DNA from: a virus | Lineage: Duplodnaviria > Caudoviricetes | Direction: 5' to 3' (one strand) | Virus record (IMG/VR): IMGVR_UViG_2974628631_000001 | Location: 1-64,000 of that record | DNA: 64,000 nucleotides | Shown: positions 1 through 7,773 of the stretch, in pieces | Numbering within the stretch: position 1 is the first letter of the stretch | How the letters are laid out: each line of letters opens with the position of its first letter | Program-made: the position numbers and the translations under genes | The notes under the pieces: generated by a model | The model's input: the letters and a program-made list of their open reading frames with translations, nothing else | Databases searched by the model: none | What the model was told of the DNA's origin: nothing

Positions 1-49
1 GCCGCATTTCCTTTAGAATTCGCGCAAAAAGAATAGAAAAGGGCCAGAA

Positions 50-133
50 TTGAAGGCTTTTCTCCTGATTACCGGGCTTTTCCTTATCTCTGCTTATATG
101 GTAGGGGTATTGCCCGGCGGTATTCAGTACTAG
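50..133 (+). CDS. Possible 27-aa hydrophobic mini-protein
   Basis: TTG start after GAAAAGGG; MKAFLLITGLFLISAYMVGVLPGGIQY*, a single hydrophobic stretch. Confidence 0.3.
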   Translation: MKAFLLITGLFLISAYMVGVLPGGIQY

Positions 134-507
134 GGAATACCCCCATATACAGGGGGTCTATATAGAGGGGGTGCCCTATATGGGTAACCTTGCATATCAG
201 TACATCGATAGGCCGAATAGCAAGAGTGGCACTGTATATGGTGCGTATCTGCTATTCATGGATACAGATACAGTGGTTGTCCCTGCTATGGGTAGGGATA
301 TCCATAAGCTATGGGCCTATGTGGGTAATGGCAATATGGGTATTGGCAAGGAAAGGCTTAGGCACTTCCTGCAATTGCCCTCATTCACATTGAACCCCGC
401 CCAATACAACACTACAGTTACACAATACGTCATGAGTAAGGACAAGCCTTTCAATATGCCCAATGTGAAAGGATAGCGAGGAAATTCCCGAAGAAATTAC
501 GCGGGAT

Positions 508-663
508 TTGAATAGCGATATAGTCAAGGCATCTGGCCTTACCCTAAAGGGTGCCCTTTGTCTAATCGTTGTTCTACCCGTGGCGGTTGCCCTTATATTC
601 TTCATTGGATTTGGGGCATTCGCTATTCTCGGTGGGGTATTCCACGCTATTGGAGCACTATAG
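508..663 (+). CDS. Small membrane protein (51 aa)
   Basis: Read manually: MNSDIVKASGLTLKGALCLIVVLPVAVALIFFIGFGAFAILGGVFHAIGAL*; long hydrophobic segment. Confidence 0.5.
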   Translation: MNSDIVKASGLTLKGALCLIVVLPVAVALIFFIGFGAFAILGGVFHAIGAL

Positions 664-882
664 AAAGGAATTCTTTTAGGGGACCCGGCGATTAAATTCA
701 ATGGGTCCCCCGGAATTATTTTCCTTTGCCACTGCAATTGTTTATGGGCGCACTATTTGCAATTGCGAATTCGATTTGCCGGCCCATATCATACATCTCT
801 AAAAATTTGTAACATTTTGAATCTGGAAATAAGGTTACTTTAAGTTGATTGTAGCTAACGGAGAGTAATGGTCCCTAAACAC

Positions 883-915
883 AAAAATACCCAACCCCCT
901 TTCGGAGGTTGGGTA
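883..915 (-). terminator. Intrinsic terminator ending the leftward operon
   Basis: TACCCAACC/GGTTGGGTA inverted repeat with a T-tract on the minus strand, just downstream of the 922-1146 stop. Confidence 0.8.
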
Positions 916-921
916 AATTCT

Positions 922-1146
922 TTACTCTTGCTCTTCTTGAACAGAGAATGAAGGTGCTGGCATAAATGACAAGCCCTTATCATGCATCTCGACAAGCTGT
1001 GACGCCTTTTGTGGACTATCGATGGATAGCTGGGCAAGCATGATGTCGTAGAGTCTCATCAACTGAATGATGATTACTTCATGGGCATGTTCTTTGTCAA
1101 AGGCGTTTACCGTCTCTGTTTCGAACTCACGCTGATTGGGGTTCAT
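922..1146 (-). CDS. Hypothetical protein
   Basis: 74-aa ORF packed in the leftward operon. Confidence 0.7.
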   Translation of the reverse strand: MNPNQREFETETVNAFDKEHAHEVIIIQLMRLYDIMLAQLSIDSPQKASQLVEMHDKGLSFMPAPSFSVQEEQE

Positions 1147-1315
1147 CTAGTCTTCTTTCTACTAGCATAATGGTATTGTTATGAATGGTTACTTGCCACT
1201 CATCAACAAAATACCCGCCCGGAAAATCTTCCAGTTCGATTTTATTCTTCTTTGCCCAGTACAGAAGCTCATCCTCTGTACCCAGGCTTTCTAGTACTTC
1301 CTTCTGTGTAGCCAT
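1127..1315 (-). CDS. Hypothetical protein
   Basis: 62-aa ORF overlapping its neighbour. Confidence 0.7.
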   Translation of the reverse strand: MATQKEVLESLGTEDELLYWAKKNKIELEDFPGGYFVDEWQVTIHNNTIMLVERRLDEPQSA

Positions 1316-1324
1316 ATCTATATT

Positions 1325-1489
1325 CTACTTGATGTACTTGAAATTGTCACCATCAAGGACACAGACCCACCGACCGACAGTTAGCTCATTTCCCCTGCGG
1401 GAAACGCTCAGTCCATGTTTGCGGGCGAAGTTCCTGATATCTGCATCTGTCTTACACTTCAGCAAGTCTCTCTGCTTTGCTTCTGACAT
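1325..1489 (-). CDS. Hypothetical protein (54 aa, below ORF-track cutoff)
   Basis: MSEAKQRDLLKCKTDADIRNFARKHG...KYIK*; fills the gap between neighbours. Confidence 0.6.
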   Translation of the reverse strand: MSEAKQRDLLKCKTDADIRNFARKHGLSVSRRGNELTVGRWVCVLDGDNFKYIK

Positions 1490-2126
1490 TTTTAAACTGT
1501 TCTCCTACGTATCGTGTATAGGCAGGAGGAATTGCTTCGTTGATTTCTTTATGAATCATCCAGTCAATACCCATTGCTTTTCTCTTGTCTGCAATCCGGG
1601 CGTTTCCTCCCCCTGTTACTTGAACGAACATCTCTTCCGACATAGCTCGCCCAAAGTGATTTTTCCTTTTGTCGAATGTATATACAAGCGCTTTGTGCTT
1701 GGGATGTTCCGGCTGAGCCAAGTCAAAATTCGACTCAAATAGTCTGTGTCTATAGACTCTCAGACCAGGGAACATCGTTCCACAAAGCATAATAGGGTTC
1801 TCCAATGGAGCTGTATCTACATTTTCAATAACATACGGCAACCCGGAATCCTGTAGCATTTCTCTGACAGGTTTAATTAGGTCCGGATACTCTTTGCCTG
1901 TGCGCTTTTGCAAGTCGCTATACATTTGACACGGAGGCGATGCATGTACCAAGTCAAACCGCCCGGTCATCATCATACGCCATCCAATAGAAAGCGCGTC
2001 ACCCAAAACAAAATTGTAAGGATAACGCACTTGGATTCTATTGTCTACTCCAACGACTTCAAAACCAGCTTGGTGGTAACCGAACGAGGCACCACCAGCG
2101 CCACAAAATAGGTCTAGTACTCTCAC
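1452..2126 (-). CDS. DNA (cytosine-5) methyltransferase
   Basis: Motif I DLFCGAGG, IV SPPCQ, VI IENV, VIII RHRLF, motif X-like EAIPP. Confidence 0.9.
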   Translation of the reverse strand: MRVLDLFCGAGGASFGYHQAGFEVVGVDNRIQVRYPYNFVLGDALSIGWRMMMTGRFDLVHASPPCQMYSDLQKRTGKEYPDLIKPVREMLQDSGLPYVIENVDTAPLENPIMLCGTMFPGLRVYRHRLFESNFDLAQPEHPKHKALVYTFDKRKNHFGRAMSEEMFVQVTGGGNARIADKRKAMGIDWMIHKEINEAIPPAYTRYVGEQFKNVRSKAERLAEV

Positions 2127-2144
2127 AAACCTATTGTAGCATTA

Positions 2145-2390
2145 TTATTCCGCAATGTGAACGAAAGTTAGATACTCTCTACCATCATCAGTTCTTCCAG
2201 TATGGGCAACCTGATAAAAATGATTAACATCGCTTTTTAGAAAAGCATCTTGGTCTTCTTCTGAAACCATAGCATGATATGCATGAAATAGAGTGGTTCT
2301 ATCCATCAGCACACCCCTCTTTGCTGGCTCTAGCAGGTCACTGTCTAGGCCATCACTGTAAATCCTAAACATTCCAGAACTATCAGTCAT
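2145..2390 (-). CDS. Hypothetical protein
   Basis: MTDSSGMFRIY...; ATG overlaps the thyX stop. Confidence 0.65.
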   Translation of the reverse strand: MTDSSGMFRIYSDGLDSDLLEPAKRGVLMDRTTLFHAYHAMVSEEDQDAFLKSDVNHFYQVAHTGRTDDGREYLTFVHIAE

Positions 2391-3078
2391 TCTTAATTGT
2401 CTCCATGCACACAGGGAAGTGCTGATGGGTAAGCTCCCATACAGCCTTTGCGTAATCCTGGATTTCCTTCTGAGCGTCATGTTCAAGTCTCTGGTGCAAG
2501 AAGTGTGTTGCTGCACCTAGAGATACTGTCCAGCGCCATCTGACATATAGTCCATAGGCTGGTAGGAAAAGCCGCGCCTGTTCTGCACAAATCCCGGCGT
2601 TCATTGCATCATTGTACAGATTCTCACCCTTGGCAAGATACGCTTCCAGAAGCCATGTGAAATTGTCTCCGGTCTCCGTATCTACTGGAGCACCAGAACC
2701 CTGCTTGCGATTATCCGGCGCAGAACGCCATTCATCAGCAACGGGAACATAAAACTCTGGGGTCTCAGTTACATAACGACGACTGGATTCATTCCATCCA
2801 TTCTGGTCCTCAAGATGAGTAGAGGCGACCGCATACTTCCACCATTGTCGTGCTACGAAGAGTGGTGCATAAACCTCAAAAGTGAGAGCGGAATGACGGA
2901 ACACCGAGGAATGCTCTTCACGCTGAAGAAAGGCGAGAAGCCTAGCCTCTCTACCCCCAAACTCGGATGACTCCTTGGCGAAGGAAACCTTGGCTGAATT
3001 AACGGGGTCAAGGTCATCACCCATGTGCTTGATGTATCTTACATAGCCCTTATCAAGGACTTCAATCTTATCGGTCAA
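2383..3078 (-). CDS. thyX: Flavin-dependent thymidylate synthase
   Basis: H.SVFRH, APLFVARQW, NESSRRY, EQARLFLP, R...AQKEI motifs. Confidence 0.92.
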   Translation of the reverse strand: MTDKIEVLDKGYVRYIKHMGDDLDPVNSAKVSFAKESSEFGGREARLLAFLQREEHSSVFRHSALTFEVYAPLFVARQWWKYAVASTHLEDQNGWNESSRRYVTETPEFYVPVADEWRSAPDNRKQGSGAPVDTETGDNFTWLLEAYLAKGENLYNDAMNAGICAEQARLFLPAYGLYVRWRWTVSLGAATHFLHQRLEHDAQKEIQDYAKAVWELTHQHFPVCMETIKND

Positions 3079-3283
3079 GAACGTGCCTCATTAGTGTCTC
3101 GTGTGCGTTAACCATCTCGTACTTTCGACGGGCTTCATCATACCCCGCCATAATTGCGTTGGCGAACCAGCTATGCATCATATCCTCGTCCATGACATCA
3201 ATTGGCTCATTCTGCCAAATCTCCATGAAACTCTTTGCCCAATACTGAGCGTCTGTACTACTTGAATCAAACTTGTCTACCAA
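3068..3283 (-). CDS. Hypothetical protein
   Basis: 71-aa ORF with WFANAIMAGYD; overlaps thyX start. Confidence 0.7.
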   Translation of the reverse strand: MVDKFDSSSTDAQYWAKSFMEIWQNEPIDVMDEDMMHSWFANAIMAGYDEARRKYEMVNAHETLMRHVLDR

Positions 3284-3431
3284 GATTGTTCAACTCCCTT
3301 TTATACTCGTCAATCTTCTTCTGTGCACGCTTTGCGCCTACACTATCGCCGTCTCTTTCACACTGAGACTTGATTGTCTCCTGTGCTTTGATTCCGGCGT
3401 TAACTCTTTCAACCCTCTTCGCTGGGTCCAT
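3267..3431 (-). CDS. Hypothetical protein (54 aa)
   Basis: Read manually: MDPAKRVERVNAGIKAQETIK...GRQV*. Confidence 0.55.
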   Translation of the reverse strand: MDPAKRVERVNAGIKAQETIKSQCERDGDSVGAKRAQKKIDEYKRELNNLGRQV

Positions 3432-3460
3432 TGACAATCTCCTCAAACTTCTCTGAAGTG

Positions 3461-3718
3461 TCAGCCTTTTCTTGAGTTACGTAGAAGGCCCCATCGTCGC
3501 TTTGCTCGATTGGAAGCCCGTCGCTTCCAATGTAGAAGTTTCCCACTTTGTCTCCTTTTGATAACAGTCCATCCGGCTTCTTGACATTGCCAGCATGGTT
3601 GGAATACATAATTTTCAAGGTCAAGAACAGACTTGCGCAATGAACAAACCGCGCAAGCATGGTCATGGGTTACCCATGGTCCTCCATCTGTCTTAACTCT
3701 TGGCTTATGCATTTTCAC
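3461..3718 (-). CDS. Hypothetical zinc-binding protein
   Basis: CAVC...CWQC pairs. Confidence 0.55.
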   Translation of the reverse strand: MKMHKPRVKTDGGPWVTHDHACAVCSLRKSVLDLENYVFQPCWQCQEAGWTVIKRRQSGKLLHWKRRASNRAKRRWGLLRNSRKG

Positions 3719-3876
3719 TTATCGGGGTCCGTTCCATCGAACTTACCCTCAGTCAATTCCCTAAGTCGCTTTGCAGCTCTTTTTCTACCAAGCTCATCGC
3801 CGGTTTCCTTGGCATCAAGGTATCTGCGAAACCATAGCCTTCTGTCTTGGTAGTACTTGTCTTCTTTATTAGGCAT
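3715..3876 (-). CDS. Hypothetical protein (53 aa)
   Basis: Read manually: MPNKEDKYYQDRRLWFRRYLDAK...PDK*; overlaps both neighbours. Confidence 0.55.
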   Translation of the reverse strand: MPNKEDKYYQDRRLWFRRYLDAKETGDELGRKRAAKRLRELTEGKFDGTDPDK

Positions 3877-4081
3877 TGTGTTCCTTAACTACCGCGCGAA
3901 TCTGGTCATACAAATCAAGGCCAGGCTGAATTCTTGTATCACAAGATGGACACCAAAGAACGGGCTCATCTTCTGTTCCGAGCCTAGTGATTAGATGTCC
4001 TGTACAATCAGGACATTGCAAATGCTTTACCTTCCCGGAATCCGCTAGATGCCGGTACTCATGAAAAATTGACCATTCCAT
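3869..4081 (-). CDS. Small zinc-ribbon protein
   Basis: CPDC...CPSC. Confidence 0.7.
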   Translation of the reverse strand: MEWSIFHEYRHLADSGKVKHLQCPDCTGHLITRLGTEDEPVLWCPSCDTRIQPGLDLYDQIRAVVKEHNA

Positions 4082-4087
4082 AACGCA

Positions 4088-4113
4088 CAAAAACCACTAC
4101 AAACTGTAGTGGT
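4088..4113 (-). terminator. Terminator after the tRNA cluster
   Basis: ACCACTAA-like stem ACCACTAC/GTAGTGGT followed by TTTT on the minus strand. Confidence 0.6.
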
Positions 4114-4145
4114 GATAGTTTCTCCTTTTCTATCTAGTTTGTAAG

Positions 4146-4218
4146 AGCCTAGTGTGGGAATCGAACCCACGACCTGTTCCGTACCAAGGAACTGTTCTAC
4201 CACTGTCACTAACTAGGC
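4146..4218 (-). tRNA. tRNA-Thr(GGT)
   Basis: Cloverleaf GCCTAGT...GTTCC-TTGGTAC-GGAAC...GGTTCGATTCC...ACTAGGC-T; no encoded CCA. Confidence 0.9.
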
Positions 4219-4310
4219 AAGAGGTAAAGAGTGGGCAAAGCCGAGTCTTTACTCAAGTTTATCAAGCTTGGCGGTTCCCAAAAAGGAGAAGAAAAACGGA
4301 ACCGCCTGCG

Positions 4311-4382
4311 AGCCAGATGACGGAATCGAACCGTCGATAAGTCAGTACGAAAGACTTGTGTTACCACTACAACTAATCTGGC
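4311..4382 (-). tRNA. tRNA-Thr(CGT)
   Basis: GCCAGAT...AGTCT-TTCGTAC-TGACT...GGTTCGATTCC...ATCTGGC-T; U-U mismatch at 31-39. Confidence 0.85.
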
Positions 4383-4492
4383 ATGTAGTCTGCCTCCCCT
4401 GCAACTAGGTACTACAGACAAGCCCCGAAGGACATTTCCTCGGAGGCAGAGGTACGGGTCGGTCGCATTCTCACCGCACGTACTTCCAATTG

Positions 4493-4565
4493 AGCCGCCT
4501 GTCGGTCTCGAACCGACCACCTCTTGTTTACAAGACAAGTGCTCTACCAGATGAGCTAAGGCGGC
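4493..4565 (-). tRNA. tRNA-Thr(TGT)
   Basis: GCCGCCT TAGCTCATCTGGTAGAGC A CTTGT-CTTGTAA-ACAAG...GGTTCGAGACC...AGGCGGC-T; canonical. Confidence 0.95.
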
Positions 4566-4596
4566 AATGCCAGTATATCACAACTAGCCGAAAAAG

Positions 4597-4668
4597 TGCA
4601 CCCCCGCTGACTTAAACACCGGACTACCCGCTTATCAGGCAAGGCGTACTATCGTTATACTAGGGTGC
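4597..4668 (-). tRNA. Degenerate tRNA-Ile(GAT), possible pseudo-tRNA
   Basis: Acceptor GCACCC/GGGTGC and loop CTGATAA; T-arm mismatched (CGGTG-TTTAAGT-CAGCG). Confidence 0.55.
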
Positions 4669-4813
4669 ATGACGAACATGAATAGAATTGGGAAGCATCA
4701 TGTTCGCTACAAGTTTAAGCGGGGCACCTCTCCGTTGCCCAATCCGTATTACCCGGCAAAAACTTGATAAGCTTAGGATAGTATTCATAGCCCCATCCCA
4801 AGGCGATAGAATC

Positions 4814-4843
4814 ATCTTAGCACGCGCTAGATGACATTGTCAA
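4814..4843 (-). promoter_or_regulatory. Promoter for the tRNA cluster
   Basis: TTGACA-18 nt-TAAGAT with TG extension on the minus strand. Confidence 0.7.
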
Positions 4844-4854
4844 GATTGTGGTAA

Positions 4855-5520
4855 TCAGTAGCCACACTTCGGGGCGGTTACCCACTGGTTGGCTCCACGA
4901 CCATTATTCCACAACTTCCAGAACGCTGCATCTTGCTGTGCGGGCGAATAGTTCATCGCCTTACCTGGAAGTCCAGTCACACCCTGCCAAGTAGAATCAA
5001 GGAACTGGTAAGCTCCCGATGCGCCAGAGCTTGGATTCAATGCTCTGTAGTTTCCACCTGACTCATACTTCCGGATACACGCAGCAATTCCACCAGGTGC
5101 TACGTGATTATTGGTTGGTGCTTGGACCTTCGGCTTACTTTCGACAGGCTTACGATTTACCTGACGTGCCTTCCTGGCCCTTTCTGCGGCTGCGGCTAGC
5201 TCCGCCTTCCGCTGTGCTTCTGCTGCTGCTTGCTTTCTGGCTCTTTCCTCTTCAGCCTTCTTCTCTGCTTCAGCAATTTCGCGCATTCTCTTTTCGGCCT
5301 GAGCCTTTTGATTAGCACGCTTATCGATTGCCATCTGTTCCATTTCTGAAACCAATGGCTGCCGCGTTTCGCTTCGAGAAGCCCTATGGTCTTCCTCTCC
5401 ACGGTCCGACTGGCTGTCGGCTGCTACGACAGGTCTTTCTGTATTACTCTCCACCACTACAAAAGATGTAGTTCCTGCAACTGCAAGGATAGTGGCTAGT
5501 GTTGCGAATGTTCTCTTCAT
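4855..5520 (-). CDS. Secreted Rpf/SceD-like lytic transglycosylase
   Basis: N-terminal signal or anchor, Ala/Glu/Lys coiled coil, C-terminal CIRKYESGGNY...ASGAYQFLDSTW...QQDAAF...GANQW. Confidence 0.85.
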   Translation of the reverse strand: MKRTFATLATILAVAGTTSFVVVESNTERPVVAADSQSDRGEEDHRASRSETRQPLVSEMEQMAIDKRANQKAQAEKRMREIAEAEKKAEEERARKQAAAEAQRKAELAAAAERARKARQVNRKPVESKPKVQAPTNNHVAPGGIAACIRKYESGGNYRALNPSSGASGAYQFLDSTWQGVTGLPGKAMNYSPAQQDAAFWKLWNNGRGANQWVTAPKCGY

Positions 5521-5550
5521 GAGACCTCCTTTGTCAGCAACGATTCATCT

Positions 5551-5642
5551 AATGTACCAGAACTGTCACAGGAGTGCAACTACGATGTTGAAAAACCCGG
5601 CGGGCTTCTTACTTGACAGCAAAGAGGTAGAGCTGTTAGTCT
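5551..5642. promoter_or_regulatory. Divergent promoter pair
   Basis: Minus strand TTGCAC-17-TACATT; plus strand TTGACA-18-TAGTCT. Confidence 0.55.
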
Positions 5643-5682
5643 GTTATTACACTAGAAACAAAAGGAAGAAGAGTACATACAA

Positions 5683-6678
5683 TTGAAAGTAAGTTATTAT
5701 ACAGTTAGAGGAGATTTGAGACCAGATAATGGTTTCGGTTACGCGGGAGAGAATATCCGCAAGAGTCTCACTAACCTTGGTCATGATGTCACATTCCATG
5801 ACTCATCAGCGGATGTTCAGATTGACTTCTGTCATCCGGTTTATTATGCCCATTTCCCCAATCAGTATAAGATTGGTTATTCTCCATGGGAATCCTCAGC
5901 TTTGCCAGAAGGTTGGCTCAAAGGTTTCAAATCTGTAGATGAAGTTTGGGCTCCATCACAGAAGTGTAAAGAATGGTACGAAGATGCTGGGGTTCGTGAT
6001 GTAAAGGTGTACGAGCATGGTATCGAACCCATTTGGTCACCAAAACAAAGAAAACCCCAACAGAAGGTAAAGTTTCTCCATATTGGAGAACCAGCACCAC
6101 GTAAGGGCGGACAGCTTGCTCTTGAGGCTTTCGTAGAGGCTTTTGGGACCAACCCTAATGTAGAGCTTACTATTAAGGCTAATGGACATAACACAACCCG
6201 CGCATATATGTCAACATTTCATCGCGGCGGCCCACGTAACATCCTTGGCCTACCTCATCAGGTTTATCCAAACGTTACCTTGATTGAAGACTCATTGTCT
6301 CTGGATGAGCTTGTAGGACTTTACCACAGTCATCACGCCCTTGTCTATCCTTCATGGGGAGAGGGTTTCGGTTTGATTCCTCTTCAAGCATTGGCGACAG
6401 GTATGCCAACGATTTGTACAGGGGCTTGGGCACCATACGACAGGTTCTTGGGTAACCTATCACTTGATTCCCGAGAAGCACAGACGAAGTGGCCAGACTT
6501 TCATCCCGGAATGATGTTCGAACCAGATAGACAGCATCTTGTGGAACTCTACAGATACGTATATGAAAATTATGATGCACTCTCTTTGCAGTTCTTTGAC
6601 AATGCAATTGATGTGCATAGAGAATACAATTGGGATTCTCTTACTGAAAAGGCTTTTAAGCATTTGGAGAATAAATGA
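5683..6678 (+). CDS. Glycosyltransferase, GT-B fold (GT4-like)
   Basis: GYSPWES, DEVWAPS, RKGG, YPSWGEGFGLIPLQALATGMPTI. Confidence 0.9.
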   Translation: MKVSYYTVRGDLRPDNGFGYAGENIRKSLTNLGHDVTFHDSSADVQIDFCHPVYYAHFPNQYKIGYSPWESSALPEGWLKGFKSVDEVWAPSQKCKEWYEDAGVRDVKVYEHGIEPIWSPKQRKPQQKVKFLHIGEPAPRKGGQLALEAFVEAFGTNPNVELTIKANGHNTTRAYMSTFHRGGPRNILGLPHQVYPNVTLIEDSLSLDELVGLYHSHHALVYPSWGEGFGLIPLQALATGMPTICTGAWAPYDRFLGNLSLDSREAQTKWPDFHPGMMFEPDRQHLVELYRYVYENYDALSLQFFDNAIDVHREYNWDSLTEKAFKHLENK

Positions 6679-7664
6679 AGATTTCCTTTCATACGCAAAG
6701 GGATAATCTAGATACAACTCGTGGATATGGTTATGCCGGATTTAACATCGTGACGTCTTTGCAAAAGCTTGGTCATGAAGTTCCTTTCGATGACCCTAGC
6801 GCACCTGTACAGATTTCACTGAACCCGCCACACTGGTACAAGTTCAATGAGGGACAGTACCGTATCGGATACACGCCATGGGAGTCAACAGTTCTTCCGG
6901 ATGGGTGGCTCAAGGCGATGAACGATTGTGATGAGGTCTGGGCGACTTCCGAATGGGTCGCAAACGTCTACGAAATGGCGGGAGTCAAGAAGCCTATCCA
7001 TGTATACGAACACGGCCTAGATAAAATCTGGAAGCCACGTAGGCGTCATGCTGGAGAGGTCATCAAGTTTCTCCACATGGGTGAACCTGCTCTCCGTAAG
7101 GGTGGTCAGATGACGGTTGAAGCCTTCCGTGAAGTCTTTGGTGACAGAGAAGATGTTCATCTGACAATCAAGGCTTACTACCAACACTTTTTGCGGGTCT
7201 GGAAGAATGGAAAGATTACAACTCCAGATAAGGCTTACAACAACGTAACAGTGATTACAGAACAGATGCACATGAACGAGCTTCTAGACCTGTATTACGA
7301 ACATGACGTTCTAGTATATCCATCATATGGAGAGGGATTTGGCTTTATCCCATTGCAGGCCCTCGGAACTGGAATGCCAGTTGTTTCGACATTGCAATGG
7401 GCACCTTATAGAAGATACATGGAGGAACTACCAATTGGTACGAGACGTGACAGAAGCATTTGGGCTCTACATCCTGGGGATGTTCTATATCCTGACTATC
7501 AGCACCTCAAGGGTCATCTCTACAATTTGTCCCGCAGAGACATCTTGGAGGAGCATCAGAAGCGATTCTTCTTGAGAGCAAGCGACGTTCATAGAGATTA
7601 TGATTGGACGAGAAAGACAGAAAACGCCTTCGCACATGTGGTCAGCAGGTTTACCGAATCTTGA
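6675..7664 (+). CDS. Glycosyltransferase, GT4-like (paralog of upstream gene)
   Basis: GYTPWES, DEVWATS, RKGG, YPSYGEGFGFIPLQALGTGMPVV. Confidence 0.9.
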   Translation: MKISFHTQRDNLDTTRGYGYAGFNIVTSLQKLGHEVPFDDPSAPVQISLNPPHWYKFNEGQYRIGYTPWESTVLPDGWLKAMNDCDEVWATSEWVANVYEMAGVKKPIHVYEHGLDKIWKPRRRHAGEVIKFLHMGEPALRKGGQMTVEAFREVFGDREDVHLTIKAYYQHFLRVWKNGKITTPDKAYNNVTVITEQMHMNELLDLYYEHDVLVYPSYGEGFGFIPLQALGTGMPVVSTLQWAPYRRYMEELPIGTRRDRSIWALHPGDVLYPDYQHLKGHLYNLSRRDILEEHQKRFFLRASDVHRDYDWTRKTENAFAHVVSRFTES

Positions 7665-7672
7665 CCTGAAAA

Positions 7673-7711
7673 GTAACAGAAAACCCCCGCTCACTAAGGG
7701 CGGGGGTGTTA
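7673..7711 (+). terminator. Strong hairpin or terminator between the GTs and RNR
   Basis: GTAAC...ACCCCCGC/GCGGGGGT GTTAC inverted repeat. Confidence 0.55.
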
Positions 7712-7773
7712 CTATAGAAGAACCACAACATCTAGTATTAGGCCCGGCAGGGTCAGAAGGAGTTTTGCTTTTT

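Noticed and set aside
171-476. 101-aa ORF in the end region
   Set aside because: No SD and atypical codon use; lies in hairpin-rich, low-complexity DNA
4440-4492. Possible HDV-like (theta) ribozyme after tRNA-Thr(TGT)
   Set aside because: Could not build the nested double pseudoknot or find the L3/J4-2 consensus; kept only as a structured spacer
4209-4538. 109-aa minus-strand ORF
   Set aside because: Overlaps two clear tRNA genes
7600-7773. N-terminal extension of RNR in the ORF track
   Set aside because: Runs through the upstream gene end and a hairpin; the SD supports ATG 7774
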